DNA from: Blastocystis sp. Blastoise
Lineage: Eukaryota; Protista; Bigyra: Opalinata
Assembly (NCBI GenBank): GCA_039096225.1
Contig: JBBPEB010000020.1
Coordinates: forward strand, 1 to 64,000
Direction: 5' to 3'
DNA length: 64,000 nt
Positions 56,857 to 64,000 of this stretch are shown here, one piece after another. Within the stretch, counting starts at the first letter, position 1; every line of letters begins with the position of its first letter. Under the pieces are notes generated by a model. The model was not told the origin of the DNA, did not search any database, and saw nothing but the letters and a program-made list of their open reading frames with translations. The translations under genes were made by a program, and so were the position numbers.

Positions 56857-58057
56857 TTATTCTTTAATTGCCATATCCATCGCTTCATTTGCCAATTGGT
56901 CCGCGATTTTATTTTGTTCTCGAGGAATATGTTGAATTGAATAATAAGTAAATTGATTTAGTAGAAGTTTAATAGTATCATTTAATTCTTTTAAATTAGT
57001 AGATTTACATCGATATTTATTATTTATTTGATTTACTATTAATAAGGAATCCATTCGTATCTAAATATATTCATTATTAATATATATATATTTATATATT
57101 AATAATATATATATCAAAGCTTTGTTTTTAAAGAATAATTTTTTAAATTTAAAAAAAAAGAAGATATAATATAATTATATATATAATATAATACATAATA
57201 CATAATATATATATATATATACTTCAACTGAAGTAAGCCCTCTTCGAATCATTTCATTTAATCCCATTTCTAAAGCACAATATTCACAGAAATTATTTGT
57301 GACGCTCATACCACAAAAACGTTTCATTCGACATATCTATAGAATAATAATTATAATAATAATTCTATCATAAAAATAATAATAATTATAATAATAATTC
57401 TATCATAAAAAAATAATAATAATTATAATAATAATTCTATCATAAAAATAATAATAATAATTCTATCATAAAAGTATATATAACTTTAAATAAATATAAA
57501 CTATATATACTTCAATATTTTGATCATTTAAAAGAACTGCTCCTGCACCGCCAATACCTATATATATAATAATAAGAACATATAAAAAAAAGAGAATTAT
57601 AAAATATATATATATACCTGGATTTCCTCTCGATCCACCATCTGTATATAAATAGCAAGGCTTCATATTAGTAGCTTTATTTTTGTTTTGATTTAATCTA
57701 AAGATAGCATAAAAAATGAGAAAAAGAAAAAATAATTTGCTTATTATGTTAATTAGAGAAGATATTTAATAAGAAATATATACGTATTTGATGAACGAAC
57801 GTCTTCTGCCTTATTGTTGAAGAGTTCTTTTTTAGTTACATAAATTTGTGAACGTAAAATATTCAATGGAGTTCTTTTCTTTTGTTCAGCAAGTTGTCTT
57901 TGCTCATAACCATTTTCTAAGGACATTTGACAGAGATGATGAAGATAATTTCTAAAGAAGGTCAACTAAATAATATGATTTTATTCATATACAAATAAAC
58001 TTGAACTAGAGAATAATTTGAAGATACAGGCAATAAAAATAACGACTTAGTTAACAT
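56857..58057 (-). CDS. Ribonuclease HI, archaeal/bacterial-like type, with N-terminal extension
   Basis: YTDGGSRGNPG, GGAGAVL, TNNFCEYCAL, MDSLLIVNQ and HIPREQNKIADQLAN (D-E-D-D catalytic set). Confidence 0.9.
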
Positions 58058-58563
58058 GGATTCATCAAACAAATTATTTCTTTTCTAGAATTAGTTTGAC
58101 TATAAGATAATAATAAGCTTTCTGCTGAATTATATATATATAGAATAGTAATTAAAGAAGAAATTAATAGAAGAAAAACTGTTTAAAATAACTTTTTTTC
58201 TTAAAAAAGTATTTATAAAGATTAATTTTTATTACAACAAATTCAACATGTTTTAATATATATATTGTTGTCTAATAATAATATATTTTCTAGATCTATA
58301 AAATAAACAAAACAAATAAATATAATTTGGAAAAGATGTAAAGTTATATATCAACAAAAATGATAATAAAAATAAAAGAAAAAGAAAGACACGATTGTTT
58401 ATGAGTTTCAAAAACAACTATCTGAAAAAATTTAAAATAAAAAAAATATTACTATAATTACATGAAAATAAAAAGAATTACATAATAACTTCATGATTAA
58501 ATAAGAAATAAAACAATCACAGATTATTCTATATAAATAGAGGATAATCTATATTGAGCAAAA

Positions 58564-59751
58564 TTAGAATTGTCTTTGTTGAGAATCAGCAAAATCAGTA
58601 CCCTTCTTAATTTCTTTCTTTAATTGAGTAACAGCTTCTTCTAAATTCTTTTGTTCTCTTTCAGAAAGATTCTTAGGAATAGGTAATACTTTTCTAATAC
58701 CTTCAGCACCAATTTCGATTTGTCTAGCAAAATGAGATACACCACAAGTTTCATAGTTAATAAAAGCAGGTACGATAACATCAGATTGACCATCAATACC
58801 AGCAATAAGTCTCTTGATAAAAGAAGCACCAGCAAAAGCCATAGAAAGAGTAGCAGAACCACCACCATTCTATATATATTATATATATAACATAACATAT
58901 AAAACATAATATAATAAATATAATATATATAATTTATAATCCACCATTCTTAGCCTTGACAACTTCATCACCACCAAATTGAATTCTTTGAGTAATAGCA
59001 TCAAGTTGTTCATTAGTAAGATTTTCAGTTCCAGGTACTTGAGATAAAAGAGGAATAATAGTTCTACCAGCATGTCCACCAACAACAGGAATATGAACAG
59101 TAATAGGATCAACACCTAAAGCTTTACCAGTAAAAGTCTTGGCACGAACAGTATCAAGAGTAGTAATACCGAAAATTCTTTAGAATTATATAGTTATATC
59201 ATTTTTATTTTGTTTTAATGAATTATGAATAGTATCATTAAATTATCATTTTTATATTTAAAAAAAAAATACCTTTTTTCGAATTTAGGGATATTAAGAT
59301 TTTTGTAAACTTCAGTCCATAAAGGAACCATAGAGTTTACAGGATTGGAAATAATACCTACATAGGCATTAGGACAATATTTGGCACAATTACAAGCAAG
59401 ATCGTAGATGATACCAGCATTAATACTGAAAAGATCATCACGAGTCATACCAGGTTTTCTAGGAACACCAGCAGGTACGACAACAACAGAGGCATCAGCT
59501 AAGACTCTAGGAAGATATTCAGGACCTTCATAGCCTTCAACATCTAAACCATTGTAAATATGTGAAAGTTCACAAGCAACACCCTTAGTACGAGCAAGAT
59601 CATATAAAACTAAGTCACCAATTTGAGGATTTGACTTTAAGAGAAGAGAAAGAGGTTGACCAATACCACCACCGGCACCAATGACAACTACTTTACGACC
59701 AGCGTTGTGACCAAAAGAACGAAGAAAAGAACGAGTACAAGAAGCAAACAT
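58564..59751 (-). CDS. MDH2: Mitochondrial-type malate dehydrogenase
   Basis: [45 protein letters not shown] and GSATLSMA; presequence [13 protein letters not shown]; 3 coding exons. Confidence 0.97.
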
Positions 59752-61631
59752 TATAGCACTAGAAAGAACAAACGTAAAACGATATACGTAAAACAAAAAA
59801 ACAATGACAAGAATTAGAAATGAATAAAAGTAGAGAACTTACAAGTAAAAGATCTCCTTTTTAAATATGATATATAAAGAAGAATTAATAAGTTATGACA
59901 CAAGGCTATAATTGTAGAATCTCATCGAATTGACAAAATTTGTGGTTCAAAATACCTCTCCTTTGTCATGCGTCGTCATTTTGCGGTTTTTTCTCAAGTT
60001 TCTCGCAGAATCTACATATTTCCCCGGGTAATCCGGGAATCGAGCTTTTTTTCTATTGGCTACCGGAGACGAAGAACCAATCATTTCCGAGAAAACCTTT
60101 TCGTATTTCTCTCAAATTCTAAAGGAAGAAGTTAGTTGAAGAACTCGTCATAAAAAAGCCCGTTTTCTACCAAAAGACTTTTCAACCCAACTACATTTCA
60201 TCTAAAAGTAGCTACATAAGTAGATTATGCATCTTAAAGTTGCATATTTTTGTTTTACATCAATTGATCTTTAAAATGAATGCAAGAAAGACACCGAAAT
60301 AATACCTCCTTCAAATCCATTTTTTTCTTATACTCTTCTAATCACTTTTTAAGCTTACAAACATTCTTCTGCGCTTCTATGGACTTTATCCATATCATAA
60401 TTTCACTTTCAACATACTTTTTTTTCTTTCAAAAACTGTCTATTTTGTTTCCTAAAAACATGTTTGATGTCAATTTTTATGCTTAAATGTTCTTTAAACC
60501 GATCAGTATAGGTCAGATGTGAAAGAAATAAGTAAAATTTATCAAAACAAAACCAAATAATGCTCAATTCTTCTTTTAAAAAGTGTTGAATCTTTTCCAG
60601 AGTAGTCCTATATGTCTTCTCTCTACATCGATATACTCAAAAACTTACTATCTTGCTCTAAATACGTTTTATGAACACTTTTCACATAATGGAGAAAAAA
60701 GTCTATAAAAACCGCATATTAGCTGTATAGAGTGTCATCATGCTAGTAGAACTCGCTTTAGATGTAATAAATGCAAAATATCATAACGTAGAAACAAAAG
60801 ATATACTATCTCTTTTACCTAATTCTCTTTTTCTCAAGATCCCTATTTTGATCTGGATGACGCTCCAGTCTCTAAAAACACTTCTTTTATGGCAGTGTTT
60901 TATGTCGAATGTCGATTATGACTATTGTTGAAAAAACTCTTCCATTATCGTTTCAATTAAACAAACACGTCTTATCTTTTATTAAATTCACTTATATAGA
61001 GTTATATATTATGTAAAGACAACTTCACACTTATATATATCTCATACAACAACAAAGTCAAGAATAACACTAATAAAGGCAGTTAGGAACACTGAAATCT
61101 TGAATTGACTGAAATCTTTTATTGTTGTGGTGTTGTAAATAAAAAAAACTCGGATGATTCACTTCTTAATTTATTTAAGTTAAATGTTAAAAATCCCAAA
61201 ATTGGTGCTTAAAAGTGGTTCAGCCAATCATCTCAAAATTAATTGTAGAATTCGATTAGAATTACTAAAAAAATTATGAAAATTTTATTCATTTTTTATT
61301 ATTATTTATACATACCTGTCAGCAACAAAAATATATAAATTATAAAAAATTATTTTTTGAAGATTTGAATTAAGATATAGTTGATAAAACACCTGACGCT
61401 CACAGTACTACAGTTTTTATCACAAAATAAACAATAATTAAATTAAAATTTTGTAAATAGTCTTTTTTTTAAGATTTAAAGTTTTATACGAATATATAAA
61501 AAGTAGCTTTCATTAAATATTATCTTTCTTAGTCTTCAATTGTAATAATACTCGAATTCAATTCTGTTAAAATTCTATAACCGTTTTTGTTTTTTTAAAG
61601 GATTGTTTTGTTATTTGCTTAGTATTTAATC

Positions 61632-62198
61632 ATGTCTGATATAACGATTCAGCCGGCTGTAAACACAACAACAACTACTGAAAAATCATCTACTGGAAAC
61701 GAGAGTATCGAACAGATACTTAACATACCTGATGATACAGAGCCAATGGAGGCACAAATGATTATGAAATTATTAGAAACAATGGATATCACCTCTTATG
61801 ATCCTAATATATTGCCGATGCTTATTGAATATATGAGATGTATATATTTATTCTCTTATCAAATTTAGATTTCTTCATATTCAATAAGTCTTTTCACTTT
61901 TTTTTGTTAATTTGAGTATTATTATTTTATCTTCATAGCTTATATGCGAACAGTATTGAATGACAGTAAGAGAATTGCATATGGTGCTGGAAAAACAGAT
62001 ATTGATTGTAACGATTTGTCACTCGCATTGACTTTTTATGATCGGAAATCAATGTGTTTACCTTTATCAAAAGATGAATATGAGTCATTATCCACTACAA
62101 CAAATTCTATTCCTTTACCATCAATCCAAGCTGAGGGTGTTCAACTTCCTAATTCCAAATATGTTCTTTCTGGACTGAAATCACAATATAAAGTATAG
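61632..62198 (+). CDS. TAF9: TFIID subunit 9 (histone fold)
   Basis: PMEAQMIMKLLETMDITSYDPNILPMLIEY, IDCNDLSLAL and TNSIPLPSIQAEGVQLP; one intron. Confidence 0.85.
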
Positions 62199-62689
62199 TA
62201 GTTCGATTCTTTTTGTTAAAATAGTTGCTTCTATATATTGTTTATTTTTTATAATAAATATCATTCTATGGCTTTAAAACATGAATAATTATATGTTTCT
62301 GCTTTTTATCATACTCGAAACCCTTTATAAACTTTTTAAATAAACATATTTTATGTTTTACTGATATATCCTTTTATTATAAACCTGTTTTGAATTCAAT
62401 AAATAATTGCTTTGAATTCTATTTTTACTCCCACTAATGGAAATGAAAGTCCTTTTAGTTGTTTTTAATATTCTTAAACTGAATATATATATAATGTAAT
62501 AGGATTCATTTGACTTTGAATAGTATCAGTGGCTATTTATGAGAAATATCATTATTATAAAAAAAACTGTATATAGAGAAATATGTTGTATATCATAAAG
62601 CATTTTAATTATATATACTAATAATGAATGATAAAAGTACAATAAACAGTATATAACAGAACAACTAAATGAATGAGTAAATATAACAG

Positions 62690-63769
62690 TTATAATTGTT
62701 TTCCAATTTGCTCTTTAGCTTCTGTATCATTTTCTAAAATACTATTACCATTTGATTTTGATTCTTCCATTTCTACAAACTTTAATATATTCTTTGCAGT
62801 TTTTTCATCTTTTTCACAACCTTCTCCAACCATATACATAAATCCAATCTATAAAAAATAGAAGAATATATTATTATTTTTATTATGATTATTATTATAT
62901 ACGTAATAAAACAAATTTATAATAATCATAAAAACAATAAGAAGAATAAAAATTAGAAAACTAGATATATAAATATACATTTCTAAGTGCTTCAAGAGAT
63001 CCATTTTCTGCAGCTTGATTATAATATTCAAATGATTTCTTATAATCCTTATTAACACCCATACCATTATAGTACATAATTCCCGCGTTTTTTAAGGCTT
63101 CCGCATTACCTAGATTTCCAGCTTCGAGAAAACTATTTAAAGCTTTTGTATAATCAACTGATTGATCATAACTATATAGTATGAACAATATTCATAATAA
63201 TACTAACATACGAAGAATATAATAGAAAAATAGTATATAGTATCTATATTATAAACCATAAAACAAGTATATATATATAGTATCTATATTATAAACCATA
63301 AAACAAATATATATATATAGTATCTATATTATAAACCATAAAACAAGTATATATATATATATATATATATACTTACTCTCCGGAGTAATAAGCCAATCCG
63401 ATTCGATTAATAGCCTCAGGATCCCTCATTTCACCAGCTTTTTGTAACAGTTCCCACGCGCGGGAAACATCTTTAGGTAATTCTTCACCATTTACATATA
63501 ACTATATAATAATAATAAATTTGAATATAAATATAATTAATATAAACATAATTATATCATAATCACTATAATACTATATTCATAGTAATCATAATAATAA
63601 TCTAATATATATATATATATATATAAATCAGATAAATAGAGCATAGATCCAGTATGACCTCCTTCTATTGCCTTCTCCAGGAACACTATTCCTTTCTCCT
63701 TTTCCTCTTGACCATGATGAATATAATACTGGCCCATAAAGAATTGAGATGATACATCTTCTATATATA

Positions 63770-63805
<36 letters not shown>

Positions 63806-64000
63806 GAATATGAAATTATATATATTTATATATATATACGTAAATCAGCAGCATGTGTAAAATAAGAAATAGCACGTGATTCATCTTTTGGTTTATTAAA
63901 CATACCATCAAAATAAATCATGCCAAGATTAAATAGAGCATCCGCATGGTTCTGACTTCCCGCCTCTTCTAAAAGCGCTAAACCCTCTTCAATCTTCGAA
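62690..64000 (-). CDS. Sel1-like repeat protein (3' part; runs off the window)
   Basis: Repeats such as ALFNLGMIYFDG, AINRIGLAYYSG and ALKNAGIMYYNGMGVNKDYKKSFEYYNQAA. Confidence 0.88.

Noticed and set aside
57340-57470. ~33 bp tandem repeats (also ~42 bp units at 63231-63350) resembling an array
   Set aside because: Spacer-less intronic minisatellites in a eukaryote; not CRISPR-like.
59850-61630. 1.8 kb intergenic region with small ORFs and CCGGG/CCAAT-like words
   Set aside because: No recognisable protein, tRNA or snRNA structure; most likely the divergent MDH/TAF9 promoter region.

Overview
Very AT-rich, intron-rich eukaryotic DNA, probably from a protist. It has GT-AG introns full of (TA)n/(TAT)n and mitochondrial-type presequences; the lineage cannot be fixed from sequence alone. 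The first ~37 kb has no intact host genes and is a nest of DNA transposons, most with termini and target-site duplications (TSDs) readable by eye. A DD34E Tc1-like element (3204-8798) is split by an intact hAT (4581-8380). A DD35D pogo element (8903-36710) has its transposase split by a CACTA-type element (10345-18259) and its right TIR split by an 18 kb hAT (18748-36698). That hAT holds a candidate Helitron, a hAT-MITE containing a third intact hAT, and a second CACTA element (26174-32858). The most striking observation is that the two CACTA elements have no recognisable transposase. They share a homologous spliced scaffold at both ends but carry different arrays of co-oriented, host-like exons in the middle, i.e. 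Pack-CACTA-like exon-collecting elements. From 37.3 kb on there is a compact run of host genes: frataxin, a gamma-tubulin complex component, a TBC1D22/Gyp1 RabGAP, a PC4-fold protein with an apparent mitochondrial presequence, a short C-CAP, URI1 with a MYND finger, an unknown multi-TM protein, an archaeal/bacterial-type RNase HI, mitochondrial MDH, TAF9 and a Sel1-repeat protein. All protein calls come from motif recognition; no database searches were run.
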